Shown one piece after another: positions 16,509 through 27,112 of a stretch of DNA of 64,000 nt. The first letter of the stretch is position 1; every line of letters begins with the position of its first letter. This DNA is from Puniceicoccaceae bacterium (GTDB lineage: Bacteria > Verrucomicrobiota > Verrucomicrobiia > Opitutales > JAFGAQ01). The position numbers and the translations under genes were made by a program. Location of the stretch: assembly GCA_028285755.1 (NCBI GenBank), contig JANQOQ010000006.1:966160-1030159 (forward strand), in the 5' to 3' direction. Under the pieces are notes generated by a model. That model had not been told where the DNA came from. It did not search any database and worked only from the letters and a program-made list of their open reading frames with translations.

Positions 16509-18472
16509 TCTTCGATCCTGGACAACGCCTCTTTTTCGATGGCTTCCCGGAACTTTTCAATTGCCGCTTTAGTCTGCTCAATAGCTGCTTCAAGGCCTTC
16601 ACGACTCTGAGCTTCTCCGGTACCGAAAACGTAGAATTTTATCTTAGGTTCCGTTCCACTACCTCTCACTGCGTAGCTGTATCCGTTTTCGAGCTCAAGC
16701 AGATAGAAATCCTGCCTGGGGATCCGTTTACCGTCCGCATCGTAAATCTCATCGACTCCAAAATCGGTCATTTTACTGACCTTGACTCCATCAATTTCGG
16801 TGGGCGGTGATTCCCGGTATGTCGTAAGGATCTTCTTAATCTTCTCCGCACCGCTGGCTCCTTCCAGATAAACATTGCCCAACGTTTCCAGATAGAGGCC
16901 ATACTTGAGGTAGATTGAATACAGATACTCGAGTATACTTGAACTTTGGCTCTTCAGATAAGCAGCCAATTCAACCAGTGCAACAGACGCTGCATTACCA
17001 TCCTTATCCCTCACACTGTCATCGCAAAGATATCCGTAACTCTCTTCACCGCCAAACACATAGAATGTGCTGTGCTTCATCAGTAATTCACGCTTGGTGT
17101 TTAAGGGTAAGCGGTCGTAATCGATCGTGATACCCGATGTCTCCAGAACAGCGTCCCTGAGTGTCTTCTGGTAATTATTAAGCTTTTCACCAATCCATTT
17201 AAAGCCGGTAAGTGTATTTATGAGCTTTAAGCCGTTTTGCTCAGCAATTTTTTGCTGCAGGGGGGTTGTTACGAAGGTCTTGATCAGCGCTGCATGCTCA
17301 CTTCCACCCTCCGGGATCAGTCCCTGTTTCTTAAATTGACTGATACGATACTCCGCCAGAATCGATCCGATCATATTTCCGGAAAGCAATACGTATTCGC
17401 CGGTTGAATTCTTAACGGCAATCGCCATACGGTCACAATCCGGATCAGTCCCGATGAGCAAATCCGCATCTACGGTTTTGGCTTTTTCAATCGCCATGCT
17501 CAAGGCTTCCGCGTTTTCCGGATTGGGCGATTTAACCGTGGAAAAATTCGGATCCATGATCATTTGCTCGTCTACAACCTCGGATTCCAGGCCCAGCTCT
17601 TTCAGAACAGGGAGGGTTGCAATCGCCCCGGTTCCATGGATCGGCGTAAATACGAGTTTAGGGGTATGCGAGGCGATCAAATCACCTTCTATCAAAGAAT
17701 TTTTAATGCTTTTAAAATAAGCCTTGTCAGCAGATTCAGCGAGAACAACGACGCGCGATAAATCGATATCCAGATAAGCCGGCAGATCGCTCAGCGCTAC
17801 CTTACCAAACTCAGAGACAATCCCCTCCGCATGGGGAGAAACCACCTGCCCACCATCCTCAAAATAGGCCTTAAAGCCGTTATCATGGTAGGGGTTGTGG
17901 CTGGCGGTAATCACGACACCGCTGTGCGCCTTTAAGAACCGCACGCTATAGCTTAGCTGGGGTGTCGAGCGCGGACCTTCAAATATATAAGCATTGCCTC
18001 CGAGCTTACTCCACGTGGAAGCACAAAGCTCGCAGAAGTAGCGGGAGTAGTGCCGCACGTCATGGGCAATTACCAAGCCAGGAATTTCAAAATCACGCCC
18101 CGCATCCACTAAAAACTGTCGGGTATAGCGAAATTGAGCAATCGTCGCCCGAATGATATTAAAATCGTTAAGCATTGCAGAACCTAAAGCCGCATGCTCC
18201 GGGGTGCCCTGTTCTCCGGGATTACCCTTCTCACTATCCGTGACCGTATAACTGATGGTTCGTCCACGCATCCCGCCCGTGCCAAAGGTAATATTCTTAT
18301 AGAAACGATTATTGATTTCGTCCCAATTCTCAGAATCCACCAGTTCCTGTAAGCTCTGGAGTGCCCATTCCGGCAAAAAGTTTTGGTCGAGCCAATCCGT
18401 TAGGATACTGAGCGTATCTGAGAGTATCTTGCCTTGCTGATGTGCGTTGTGAAGAGATTCTGTAAGTGCCAT
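16505..18472 (-). CDS. Phosphoglucomutase/phosphomannomutase family phospho-sugar mutase
   Basis: Active-site loop 'VITASHNPYHDNGFK', metal-binding 'GTDPDCDRM', and sugar-binding 'GGEESYGY'. Confidence 0.9.
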   Translation of the reverse strand: MALTESLHNAHQQGKILSDTLSILTDWLDQNFLPEWALQSLQELVDSENWDEINNRFYKNITFGTGGMRGRTISYTVTDSEKGNPGEQGTPEHAALGSAMLNDFNIIRATIAQFRYTRQFLVDAGRDFEIPGLVIAHDVRHYSRYFCELCASTWSKLGGNAYIFEGPRSTPQLSYSVRFLKAHSGVVITASHNPYHDNGFKAYFEDGGQVVSPHAEGIVSEFGKVALSDLPAYLDIDLSRVVVLAESADKAYFKSIKNSLIEGDLIASHTPKLVFTPIHGTGAIATLPVLKELGLESEVVDEQMIMDPNFSTVKSPNPENAEALSMAIEKAKTVDADLLIGTDPDCDRMAIAVKNSTGEYVLLSGNMIGSILAEYRISQFKKQGLIPEGGSEHAALIKTFVTTPLQQKIAEQNGLKLINTLTGFKWIGEKLNNYQKTLRDAVLETSGITIDYDRLPLNTKRELLMKHSTFYVFGGEESYGYLCDDSVRDKDGNAASVALVELAAYLKSQSSSILEYLYSIYLKYGLYLETLGNVYLEGASGAEKIKKILTTYRESPPTEIDGVKVSKMTDFGVDEIYDADGKRIPRQDFYLLELENGYSYAVRGSGTEPKIKFYVFGTGEAQSREGLEAAIEQTKAAIEKFREAIEKEALSRIED

Positions 18473-18532
18473 AGTATTGATAGGTTCGCGAAATAGTAAT
18501 AAAGTAAAAACGACTTCCTAACCAAGCAAAGA

Positions 18533-18560
18533 ATAAAAAAGGCCCGCATTCCTGCGAGCC
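18533..18560 (-). terminator. Rho-independent terminator after icd
   Basis: The minus strand reads GGCTCGCA-GGAA-TGCGGGCC (8-bp stem, GGAA loop) followed by TTTTTT. Confidence 0.75.
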
Positions 18561-18572
18561 TTGAAAATACAG

Positions 18573-19796
18573 TTAAGCCAACTTTGCCTGAAGGCCCTGA
18601 TCGAGGGCATCCAGGAATTCCTCAGTAGTGACCCAATGCTCGTCTGTCATGGCTTTGCCATGGATACACAGTGCTAAGTCCTTGGTCATTACACCTGACT
18701 CCACCGTCTCTATACAGACGGATTCCAGCGTTTCGCTGAAACGAATCAAGTCTGCATTGTCATCGAGTTTACCGCGGAAAGCGAGGCCACGGGTCCATGC
18801 AAATATGGATGCGATCGGATTTGTGGACGTTTTCTTGCCCTGCTGGTGCATACGGTAGTGACGGGTGACGGTACCGTGTGCGGCCTCCGCTTCCATGGTC
18901 TTACCGTCGGGAGTAACCAAAGTGGATGTCATGAGTCCAAGAGAGCCAAAGCCCTGAGCCACAGTGTCCGACTGCACATCGCCGTCGTAATTCTTACACG
19001 CCCATACGAATCCACCTTCCCATTTCAGGGCGGCTGCCACCATATCGTCGATGAGGCGGTGTTCATAGATAAGGCCGGCTTCATCAAATTTAGCCTTATA
19101 CTCTTCCTGATAAACCTGCTCGAAGATATCCTTAAAACGGCCATCATACTTTTTCATGATGGTGTTCTTGGTGGACATATACAGCGGCCAGCCCTTATTG
19201 AGCGCCATATTAAAGCAAGCACGCGCAAAACCAAAGATGGACTTGTCCGTGTTATACATACACATTGCAATGCCGTCGCCTTCGAAATTGTAGACTTCAA
19301 ATTCCTGGGCTTCGCCTTCTTCGGGCTCAAACTTCACCGTGAGCTTGCCCGCACCTTTTGTCAAAAAGTCAGTAGCCCGGTATTGGTCGCCAAACGCGTG
19401 ACGGCCGATGCATATCGGTTTATTCCAGGTAGTCACCAAGCGTGGAACATTTTTAATGAGAATGGGTTCTCTGAAAACGGTGCCATCGAGGATATTACGA
19501 ATAGTGCCGTTGGGCGAACGATACATCTTCTTGAGGTCAAACTCTTCAACACGGGCTTCGTCTGGAGTGATGGTCGCACACTTAATGCCCACCCCATGCT
19601 CGCGGATCGCATGGGCTGCATCTACGGTGATCTGGTCGTCAGTGGTATCCCGGCTCTCCATGCCGAGGTCAAAGTATTTAATATCAATGTCGAGGTATGG
19701 CAGGATCAGCTTATCCTTAATAAATTGCCAAATGATGCGCGTCATCTCATCGCCATCGAGCTCAACTACGGGGTTGATTACTTTTATTTTCGCCAT
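18573..19796 (-). CDS. icd: NADP-dependent isocitrate dehydrogenase (homodimeric, eukaryote-like subfamily)
   Basis: 407 aa. N-terminal '[34 protein letters not shown]' and '[16 protein letters not shown]' are characteristic of IDH1/2-type enzymes. Confidence 0.95.
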   Translation of the reverse strand: MAKIKVINPVVELDGDEMTRIIWQFIKDKLILPYLDIDIKYFDLGMESRDTTDDQITVDAAHAIREHGVGIKCATITPDEARVEEFDLKKMYRSPNGTIRNILDGTVFREPILIKNVPRLVTTWNKPICIGRHAFGDQYRATDFLTKGAGKLTVKFEPEEGEAQEFEVYNFEGDGIAMCMYNTDKSIFGFARACFNMALNKGWPLYMSTKNTIMKKYDGRFKDIFEQVYQEEYKAKFDEAGLIYEHRLIDDMVAAALKWEGGFVWACKNYDGDVQSDTVAQGFGSLGLMTSTLVTPDGKTMEAEAAHGTVTRHYRMHQQGKKTSTNPIASIFAWTRGLAFRGKLDDNADLIRFSETLESVCIETVESGVMTKDLALCIHGKAMTDEHWVTTEEFLDALDQGLQAKLA

Positions 19797-19902
19797 AATG
19801 GATCATTATATTTAAAGATATTCGCCGCATGTGAAGCTAAAATTCCAATTATAACCTATCCTGATTTGCGGTATGACAGAATAAGACGTGAAATAGTACA
19901 AT

Positions 19903-19928
19903 AAAAAAGCGGCAAACCAAGTTGCCGC
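19903..19928 (-). terminator. Rho-independent terminator after the Gfo/Idh/MocA gene
   Basis: GCGGCAA (19909-19915) pairs with TTGCCGC (19922-19928). The minus-strand hairpin is followed by TTTTTT. Confidence 0.7.
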
Positions 19929-19955
19929 TTTGAAAAGTATTACACTGAAAGATTA

Positions 19956-21383
19956 TCAGGTTAAAATCCAACCGGCGGGATAATCCTTCCTGATAAGTTT
20001 ATTCGCTTCCGGGTCATTCACGAATTCCGCCTTTTCGGCGTTATACTCCATCTTACGGCCTGTGACGACGGCTACATTGCCCAGGAGCACGCTCTCAGTG
20101 AATGGGCCCGCATAACCAAAATCAGAAGACGCCGGGCGATTTTCACGGATCGCATTCGTCCACTCCTCCATGTGCGTGCCGCGGATACGCGGGATCGTTT
20201 TCGGCGGTAATTCACTGCGAAGCTCACGGAATTTATCCGTCGGCAAAATCTTAGCTGAGGCACTGTAGGTATCGGTAATGATGGCCGCATCTTCACCGAT
20301 GAGGAGTGTTCCATTATCGGCCAAACCTGCTTCATAAACACTGCTGTCCTTCAGGAAATTGGGAACCGGCGGACGCATGAAACCATCATACCACTTATAG
20401 GTAACCGGGGGCATTTTACCACGCTCCGGGAACTGATAGGTTACCACAGATGCTGCCGGGAACGAATAGCCCGTAAGCTCTGTGGATGCCGCCTCAATAT
20501 GCGTGGGATACGCCAGATCCAGCGCCCAGTAGGCTGAGTTCATAATATGGCAGGCCATATCTCCCATGGCACCTGCGCCAAAGTCCAGGAAGCCGCGCCA
20601 CGCAAAAGGTGCATAAGAAGGATCGTAGGGGCGGGACTCCGCCACTCCCAACCATAGATCCCAGTCCATACCTTCAGGCACTACGGGAATAAATTCAGAG
20701 TGATCCGGCTTGCCCATGCCCTGTGGCCAAAAAATTGCAGGACGATTGGTCCAGGAGTGCACCTCACGGATATCGCCGATCACTCCTGCCTGTACCCACT
20801 CACGAATGATGCGGGTGCCTTCATTGGAATTACCCTGGTTGCCCATTTGCGAAATGACTCCTGCCTTGGAGGCTGCAGTGGTCAAAATGCGAGCCTCTTC
20901 GACCGTATGGGTCAAAGGTTTTTCCACATAGACATGCTTTCCACGATTGATGGCTGACATCGCTACCGGATAGTGCATGTGGTCCGGTGTGGTAACGACA
21001 ACCGCATCGATCTCGCTATCCATTTCATCGAGCATCACCCGATAGTCCTTATACCACTTAGCCCCTTTGTTCTCAGCTGCTGTAACGACCTTATTATATT
21101 CAGGACCATTACGGTTTTGCCATGCGCGTTGCGTGTTGACGGTGTTCATGTCCACATCGCAAAACGCCACAATATTCTCACCGGCGAGACTGATGGTATG
21201 GCTTCTTGCACGACCGGCTGCACCCACAAGCGCAATATTCAATCGGCTGTTCGGGGCTTTCTCAGTTTTGGATTGGCCCGCAACAAAACTGGGCAGAATC
21301 ATCAATCCGGCTCCAATTGATGAGGTTTTTATAAAATCACGACGATCCATGGATGTCTTCGGCTTATCTTCAGGAGTATTCAT
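19956..21383 (-). CDS. Gfo/Idh/MocA family oxidoreductase with Tat signal peptide
   Basis: Twin-arginine leader 'MDRRDFIKTSSIGAGLMILPSF', a Rossmann N-terminus 'LNIALVGAAGRA', and 'HVYVEKPL' typical of the family. Confidence 0.85.
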   Translation of the reverse strand: MNTPEDKPKTSMDRRDFIKTSSIGAGLMILPSFVAGQSKTEKAPNSRLNIALVGAAGRARSHTISLAGENIVAFCDVDMNTVNTQRAWQNRNGPEYNKVVTAAENKGAKWYKDYRVMLDEMDSEIDAVVVTTPDHMHYPVAMSAINRGKHVYVEKPLTHTVEEARILTTAASKAGVISQMGNQGNSNEGTRIIREWVQAGVIGDIREVHSWTNRPAIFWPQGMGKPDHSEFIPVVPEGMDWDLWLGVAESRPYDPSYAPFAWRGFLDFGAGAMGDMACHIMNSAYWALDLAYPTHIEAASTELTGYSFPAASVVTYQFPERGKMPPVTYKWYDGFMRPPVPNFLKDSSVYEAGLADNGTLLIGEDAAIITDTYSASAKILPTDKFRELRSELPPKTIPRIRGTHMEEWTNAIRENRPASSDFGYAGPFTESVLLGNVAVVTGRKMEYNAEKAEFVNDPEANKLIRKDYPAGWILT

Positions 21384-21543
21384 AAAGGGAAACTATAAAT
21401 TAAAATTTAGAATAACAAACTGCGAAATCATTAAATTATGCTAATTATCGCAACATTCTTAAGACGCACATAACCATAGACATACATTATAACTAATTCC
21501 TTCAATTTTTCGTCAGAATTTATAAAAAAACCGCCAACCCGGT

Positions 21544-22857
21544 TTAATGCGATTTCCGAAGCACACGCATAGTGTTAATGCGGGTACCGATCAATGCCTG
21601 CGTACCAATGTCCTTGCGGTGAAATAAATCTCCTTTGATTTGATTGATCGCGGTCTCCGCAATCTCCTCAGCTTCAGGCAACGTATCACCGAGCCCTACG
21701 ACAGCGACTGTCCGTGAACCGGTACCCACCAATTGACCCTCCTTGAGGTCAACAGCACCCAGGTAAAGTGCGTCTGCCTGATTTTCACCCAGCTCGATAG
21801 GAAAGCCCTTTAAGGGTTTATCAGGATATCCCTTGGGAACGGCATATTTGCAGACACTGGCTTTCGGACTAAAACGAATCTCCGCTGTGTCCAATTCATC
21901 TGCAGTGATTGTCTGGAAGATTTCAACCATATCGGTCTCCAGCAAGGTCAGCAGATTTAAGCACTCGGGGTCTCCAAAGCGGGCGTTATACTCAACGATT
22001 TTCACCCCATCGGCGGTCGCCATAAATCCCCCGTAGATAATACCTTTATAGCCTTTCCCAAAATCGGCCATCAGCGCTTTGGCCACAGCTTCATTCAATT
22101 GTTGTGCTTCAAGAATATCGGTTGCGCTTAAAAAGGGTAAACCGTGATCCACATCACTGTAAGAGCCCATACCCCCGGTATTGGGCCCTTCCTCCCCCTC
22201 AAACGCCCGCTTATGATCCTGCACCGCCGGCATGTGTGCCAATGTCTTCCCGCCACAAAAGCTCATGACTGAGAATTCCAGACCAATCATCTTTTCCTCG
22301 ATGACAAAAGTCGCTTTCTGTTCAAGCAGGCTTTCACAATACTCGATGGCCTCTGCATGGCTGTGGAGATGATCACCGGCTACTTTGACGCCCTTACCCC
22401 CCATAAGGCCGTTGGCCTTTACCACATATAAATCACCAAGTTCTTCCAGAAACTCTTTAACCCCGGTTATGCTATCAAAGGACTTAAAGCGGGGGCAGCC
22501 GCCAATATCGTGCTTAACGAGTAATTCCCGGGTGAATAATTTGCTGGTTTCGAGCTGTGCAAGATCCTTCGTGGGACCGATCACTGGTATCCCCGCTTGC
22601 CAGAGGCGATCTGCCACTCCCGTTTCCAAAGGAGCCTCAGGACCGATGACCGCATAGTCAAACTTACGCCGCCCCACCCAGGCCATGAGGGTATCCCCAT
22701 CGGTAATATCGCCCGTCACCAAGTCCACGGCAATATCTGCAATTCCCGGGTTCATGCTGGATGCATATACGTATAGGTCAGGCTTTTGCGGAGAACGGTT
22801 GATCGCTGCCGCAAGGGCATGCTCGCGCGCTCCAGATCCAATTAGGAGTATTTTCAT
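21544..22857 (-). CDS. purD: Phosphoribosylamine-glycine ligase
   Basis: 'MKILLIGSGAREHALA' N-terminus, an ATP-grasp core, 'EYNARFGDPE', and an operon of pur genes. Confidence 0.95.
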   Translation of the reverse strand: MKILLIGSGAREHALAAAINRSPQKPDLYVYASSMNPGIADIAVDLVTGDITDGDTLMAWVGRRKFDYAVIGPEAPLETGVADRLWQAGIPVIGPTKDLAQLETSKLFTRELLVKHDIGGCPRFKSFDSITGVKEFLEELGDLYVVKANGLMGGKGVKVAGDHLHSHAEAIEYCESLLEQKATFVIEEKMIGLEFSVMSFCGGKTLAHMPAVQDHKRAFEGEEGPNTGGMGSYSDVDHGLPFLSATDILEAQQLNEAVAKALMADFGKGYKGIIYGGFMATADGVKIVEYNARFGDPECLNLLTLLETDMVEIFQTITADELDTAEIRFSPKASVCKYAVPKGYPDKPLKGFPIELGENQADALYLGAVDLKEGQLVGTGSRTVAVVGLGDTLPEAEEIAETAINQIKGDLFHRKDIGTQALIGTRINTMRVLRKSH

Positions 22858-22866
22858 AGTTGTGAC

Positions 22867-24783
22867 TTAATAACTGCGGCCCAGCTTATGTTCGAAGTAG
22901 TTGATAAAGGCATTGTTCAAAACCCGATAACCGCCCGGCGTGGGATAATCACCCGTAAAATACCAGTCTCCCACATGCGCTGGCAATGAGGCACGCAACG
23001 CTTCTATGGATTGATATATAATCTCCAATTCACCATCCCAGTAACTCAATTCCGGTTTTACGAGGGCAGCGATTTTTGCCGAAATTTGCTCCGGAGTAAA
23101 CACTTCGTAGATCTGCTTTACCCGATTACTCAGCATTTCCACAGGCATATTCTGCTGATCTTTGCATTCATCGTAGACTTTCTGCAGCAAGTCCTCCTCA
23201 CCGTGTTCGTGCAAAAGCAATACAGTCGCCTCAAAGGCGATAAACTTATCAATGCGTGACATATCGATCCCGTAGCAATCCGGGTAGCGGATTTGGGGGG
23301 CGGTGGATGCAATGATGATCTTACGCGGGTTGAGCCTTGCAAGAATGTTGATCACGGACTGGCGAAGTGTGGTTCCCCGCACGATAGAATCATCCACACA
23401 AATGAGTGTGTCTTTTTCCTCCACCGTCCCATAAGTAATATCGTAGACGTGCGATGCGAGCTCCTGCCGGTTATCCTCCTGGCTGATAAAGGTGCGCAGC
23501 TTGATATCCTTGTTGGCAACCTTTTCGGATCGTGGCCAATTATCCATGATAACTTCATCCAGAAATGAGTCTGTGATTTCTCCACTCTTCGCTTTCTCAA
23601 GAATCGCGTTTTTGACCTCTTCTCTGCGAATCCTGCGCAGCTCCTGGATCATGCCTTTGAATGCGAGCTCAGCAGTGTTGGGAATAAAGCTGAAAACCGA
23701 ATTTTTAAGATCATGATTAATCGATTTAAGGATCGGTTGAGCCAGTGCTGCCCCCAGGGACTTACGCTCCAGGTAAATATCATGATCATTACCCCGTGAA
23801 AAATAAATACGCTCGAACGAACAGGAAGCCCGTTGCTTGGGCTCCCGGAGCTGCTTACGGGTAAATTCACCGTTTGCCCGGATGACGTGGACTTCGCCGG
23901 GGATAACCTCCTGGATATCCTCGATTTTCTTATTAAATACAGTCATGAGCGGTGCGCGCTCGGACGCGTAGGCCACCACTTCCCCATCCATGAAGAAGTA
24001 GAGCGGGCGAATACCCCAAGGATCACGAATGGCAAAGGCATCGCCATTTCCGATAAACCCGGTCAATGCATAGCCGCCATCCCACATTTTGGAAGCGCGC
24101 ATCAGGACATTTGCCAGATCGAGCTCACGACTGATCGCGCCTGCTACCTCGATACCCCGCTGCCGGTCGAACTCCCGGTATACCCGGTAAAGCCGATCAT
24201 GCTCCTGATCCAGGTCAAAACCTATCTCCTCAAGGATGGTCTGAGTATCGGTATCAAAGATGGGGTGCTGCCCCATCGAAATGAGGCGATCATTCAGCTC
24301 GGGAGTATTGGTGATATTAAAGTTACCTGCGAGCATCAGGTTCTTGGTCGGCCAATTATTCTTGCGAAAGAAAGGATGGCAGGAGCTTTCCCCATAGCCG
24401 CCGGATGTGCCATAACGCAAGTGACCAATTAAAATCTCTCCCCCGTAATCGAAATAATGCTTAATCGTAGAAGGATGGTCATCCTGGATATTGCCGATCT
24501 TGCTATGATATTCGTAGCCTTTGAGCACTTTCTGGAATATGCGGGTAAGTGCATTCACCTTAATGCTACGCTCCCGGAACATATAGGGCAAACCTGCCTG
24601 AACGTTGAGTTTGATGCAGCCAATCCCCGCGCCATCCTGGCCGCGGTTATGTTGTTTTTCCATCAGGAGAAAGAGTTTGTTGAATCCCCAGAGAGACGTT
24701 CCGTATTTCTCCTTATAATAAGCGAGCGGCTGAGTCATGCGAATCATCGCAACACCGCACTCGTGCGTAATAGGGTCGCTCAT
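22867..24783 (-). CDS. purF: Amidophosphoribosyltransferase (long form)
   Basis: Ntn-type N-terminus 'HECGVAMI', 'RGQDGAGI', and the PRTase motif 'LICVDDSIVRGTT'. At 638 aa it is the long class. Confidence 0.9.
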   Translation of the reverse strand: MSDPITHECGVAMIRMTQPLAYYKEKYGTSLWGFNKLFLLMEKQHNRGQDGAGIGCIKLNVQAGLPYMFRERSIKVNALTRIFQKVLKGYEYHSKIGNIQDDHPSTIKHYFDYGGEILIGHLRYGTSGGYGESSCHPFFRKNNWPTKNLMLAGNFNITNTPELNDRLISMGQHPIFDTDTQTILEEIGFDLDQEHDRLYRVYREFDRQRGIEVAGAISRELDLANVLMRASKMWDGGYALTGFIGNGDAFAIRDPWGIRPLYFFMDGEVVAYASERAPLMTVFNKKIEDIQEVIPGEVHVIRANGEFTRKQLREPKQRASCSFERIYFSRGNDHDIYLERKSLGAALAQPILKSINHDLKNSVFSFIPNTAELAFKGMIQELRRIRREEVKNAILEKAKSGEITDSFLDEVIMDNWPRSEKVANKDIKLRTFISQEDNRQELASHVYDITYGTVEEKDTLICVDDSIVRGTTLRQSVINILARLNPRKIIIASTAPQIRYPDCYGIDMSRIDKFIAFEATVLLLHEHGEEDLLQKVYDECKDQQNMPVEMLSNRVKQIYEVFTPEQISAKIAALVKPELSYWDGELEIIYQSIEALRASLPAHVGDWYFTGDYPTPGGYRVLNNAFINYFEHKLGRSY

Positions 24784-24850
24784 AAAAAATCGTTTAGCTA
24801 ATCACGGTGTAAAATCAGGATTGTGAAGGAATTCGTGAGCGAGTCAATGC

Positions 24851-25816
24851 TCAGTTCAATCCAAGGTTGTGACGAATGCGCGGGCGCGGGTCCTGCAAGC
24901 ACTCATGAAACGGGAAACTCTGCCCCGTAATGCGCTCATAGAGTTGAACATAGCGGCGTGAAAGCTCCATCCTGAGCTCATCGGGTGCCTGCGGGAGCTC
25001 TTTATCGTTATAAGGGTCACAGTGTTCACGGTACCAGAGTCGGATGAACTCCTTGTCTATATTCTCGGGCTCCTGCCCGGATGAGAACCGTTCATCATAG
25101 GAATCGGCGATCCAATAACGGCTGGAATCAGGTGTGTGCACCTCATCGATTAGCAGGATGCTACCGTCTTCTGCACGACCAAATTCATACTTGGTGTCGA
25201 CAAGGATCAAACCGTGCTTTGCGGCAACTTCCTGCCCGAATAAAAAGATATCCAACGCATAGTCGTGGATCCGTTCCCAGGTGGCCTGATCCAGAATCTC
25301 GCCGGAAACGATTTCCTCACCGGATATCAATTCATCGTGCACGTCTGATTTAGTCGTGGGTGTGACGATATTTTCGGGAAGCTTTTGATTCTTGACCAAG
25401 CCCTCGGGGATGGCGTTCCCACAGTAGTGACGCACCCCTTTTTGGTAGTGCGTCCAGAGTGAGGTGCTTGTCGAGCCGGTCATGTAGCCACGCACGATCA
25501 TCTCAATGGGCAGCACTTCGCACTTCCGCACCCGGGAAACATTGGGGTCGGAAACACTTATAAGGTGATGGGGCACTCGACCCTCCAGCTGTTCAAACCA
25601 CCAGGCGCTCGTCAGATTGGTCACCGCCCCTTTGAAGGGGATGAGCGTTAAATTGCGGTCGAAGGCGCTCAGCCGATCCGTGCTTGCAATGAAGAGATCT
25701 TGCTCATTTTCCCAAATATCGCGCACTTTGCCCGAATGCGTTGCAAAGGGAACCTCTACCGTTTCCAAACAATACGCAAGTCCCTGCTGATACTCGTTCA
25801 GCGGGTGATCAGTCAT
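24851..25816 (-). CDS. purC: Phosphoribosylaminoimidazole-succinocarboxamide (SAICAR) synthase
   Basis: 'GKVRDIW', 'STDRLSAFD' and 'LILVDTKYEFG' are SAICAR-synthase motifs. 321 aa (long type). Confidence 0.9.
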   Translation of the reverse strand: MTDHPLNEYQQGLAYCLETVEVPFATHSGKVRDIWENEQDLFIASTDRLSAFDRNLTLIPFKGAVTNLTSAWWFEQLEGRVPHHLISVSDPNVSRVRKCEVLPIEMIVRGYMTGSTSTSLWTHYQKGVRHYCGNAIPEGLVKNQKLPENIVTPTTKSDVHDELISGEEIVSGEILDQATWERIHDYALDIFLFGQEVAAKHGLILVDTKYEFGRAEDGSILLIDEVHTPDSSRYWIADSYDERFSSGQEPENIDKEFIRLWYREHCDPYNDKELPQAPDELRMELSRRYVQLYERITGQSFPFHECLQDPRPRIRHNLGLN

Positions 25817-27104
25817 GGCTTAGCTCGTAGAGATTATCCACCACGGGATTATGAAAAATGTGGGTATCCTCTATCCCGCTGAGGTCTGTTCCCGTCTCTG
25901 CAGTGATTCGCCAGACAATCTTGCGGGAAACGGACTTTATGGACTTTAAGCCAAAGCGTTGATGCAGATTCTGCACCTTAAACATCCCCACCGGATCATC
26001 CTTGGATTCGACGATCAGCACGCGAGCGGTTTTGCCATCGCTCACAGATTTCAAAGAATTCATGTCATCCATAAACTCTTTATTGGTATTAAGCAGCTCT
26101 CCACTCTGCACTAAGTCGAGTTCGAGCTTTCGATTCTTGGTACCATCTAGCTCTAAGCTCCAAAGCACCCAACGCTCAATACCCACAGGATAGCCCGCCT
26201 GCTTCAACGCATCCTCCACACTGTAGGCGGTGGTATCGGTAATGATGAGCTTTACCAGCAAATGCAGCTGGCTATCCTCTGCCCTAAATGGCGCCAGTGT
26301 AGCACTATTGCTCGATGCGTTCTCAGGTAGGAATTGAGATTCAAAGCTCTGCTCATCCCAGCCTGCGAGATAATCCGCTACAGATTCGAAGATCGCATCC
26401 CCGGTAGTGACCCGCTCCGGGTGAGGCATCATCGCCATAACATTACCGGCCGGATTCACGACTGCAGCCACTCCGGCTGTTGAGCCGTTGGGATTTGTCG
26501 GGAAAGTATCATCTGCTTGCCCTTCTTCGGTTACATATTGAAAAGCAAGCTGTCCATTCGCCTGCATCTGCTCATACAAGCCCTCTTCGAATAGGAACCG
26601 CCCCTCCGCATGCGCAAAGGGGATATGTATCAACTGGTCGGGCTGCATTTTCCGGTTAAAGGCGTGCCTGCCGGGCGCCTGAACATTTTTGAGGGTCGCA
26701 AATTGATTGAAGTATCCGGCGCTCACGATGCGCCCCTCCTTTTCCATGCGATTGGGGGCCAACGCGATGCCGATCTTACCGGATTCATAACCGGGCACGA
26801 GGCCTGTTTCCACAAGAACCTGCGCACCATTGCAAATTCCGAGCACCACTTTACCCTTCAGCGATTCCTCGCGAACCGCCTGCATAACCGGGTCCAGTGA
26901 GGCGATGACACCGGCACGCGAACGATCCTCGTAGGAGAACCCACCTACAATAAAATATCCCGCAAATTCCTGAAGCCTTTCTACCGGAGCACTCCACAAA
27001 AACTCCTCGTAAGGAATACCTGCACGTTTCAGCGCAAATATCGATTCGTCCTCACAATTGCTCCCCGGAAATTGAATAACTGCTATTTTTTTATCCATAT
27101 CCAA
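25809..27104 (-). CDS. purQ: FGAM synthase glutaminase subunit PurQ fused to two C-terminal PurS-like modules
   Basis: The N-terminal ~250 aa are PurQ ('IAVIQFPGSNCEDE', catalytic 'GICNGAQ', 'MMPHPER'). The C-terminal ~170 aa contain two ~80-aa segments with a PurS-like pattern (see finding). Confidence 0.8.
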   Translation of the reverse strand: MDMDKKIAVIQFPGSNCEDESIFALKRAGIPYEEFLWSAPVERLQEFAGYFIVGGFSYEDRSRAGVIASLDPVMQAVREESLKGKVVLGICNGAQVLVETGLVPGYESGKIGIALAPNRMEKEGRIVSAGYFNQFATLKNVQAPGRHAFNRKMQPDQLIHIPFAHAEGRFLFEEGLYEQMQANGQLAFQYVTEEGQADDTFPTNPNGSTAGVAAVVNPAGNVMAMMPHPERVTTGDAIFESVADYLAGWDEQSFESQFLPENASSNSATLAPFRAEDSQLHLLVKLIITDTTAYSVEDALKQAGYPVGIERWVLWSLELDGTKNRKLELDLVQSGELLNTNKEFMDDMNSLKSVSDGKTARVLIVESKDDPVGMFKVQNLHQRFGLKSIKSVSRKIVWRITAETGTDLSGIEDTHIFHNPVVDNLYELSHD

Positions 27105-27112
27105 CGCTAAAT

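Noticed and set aside
18846-19904. 352-aa plus-strand ORF
   Set aside because: It is entirely antisense to the very well supported icd gene (18573-19796). The translated sequence is low-information (H/V/G/F-rich) with no motifs. This is a typical shadow ORF.
23833-24432. 199-aa plus-strand ORF inside purF; similar cases 28999-29841 and 29860-30179 inside purL
   Set aside because: They are antisense to pur genes with clear catalytic motifs. No independent signals were seen.
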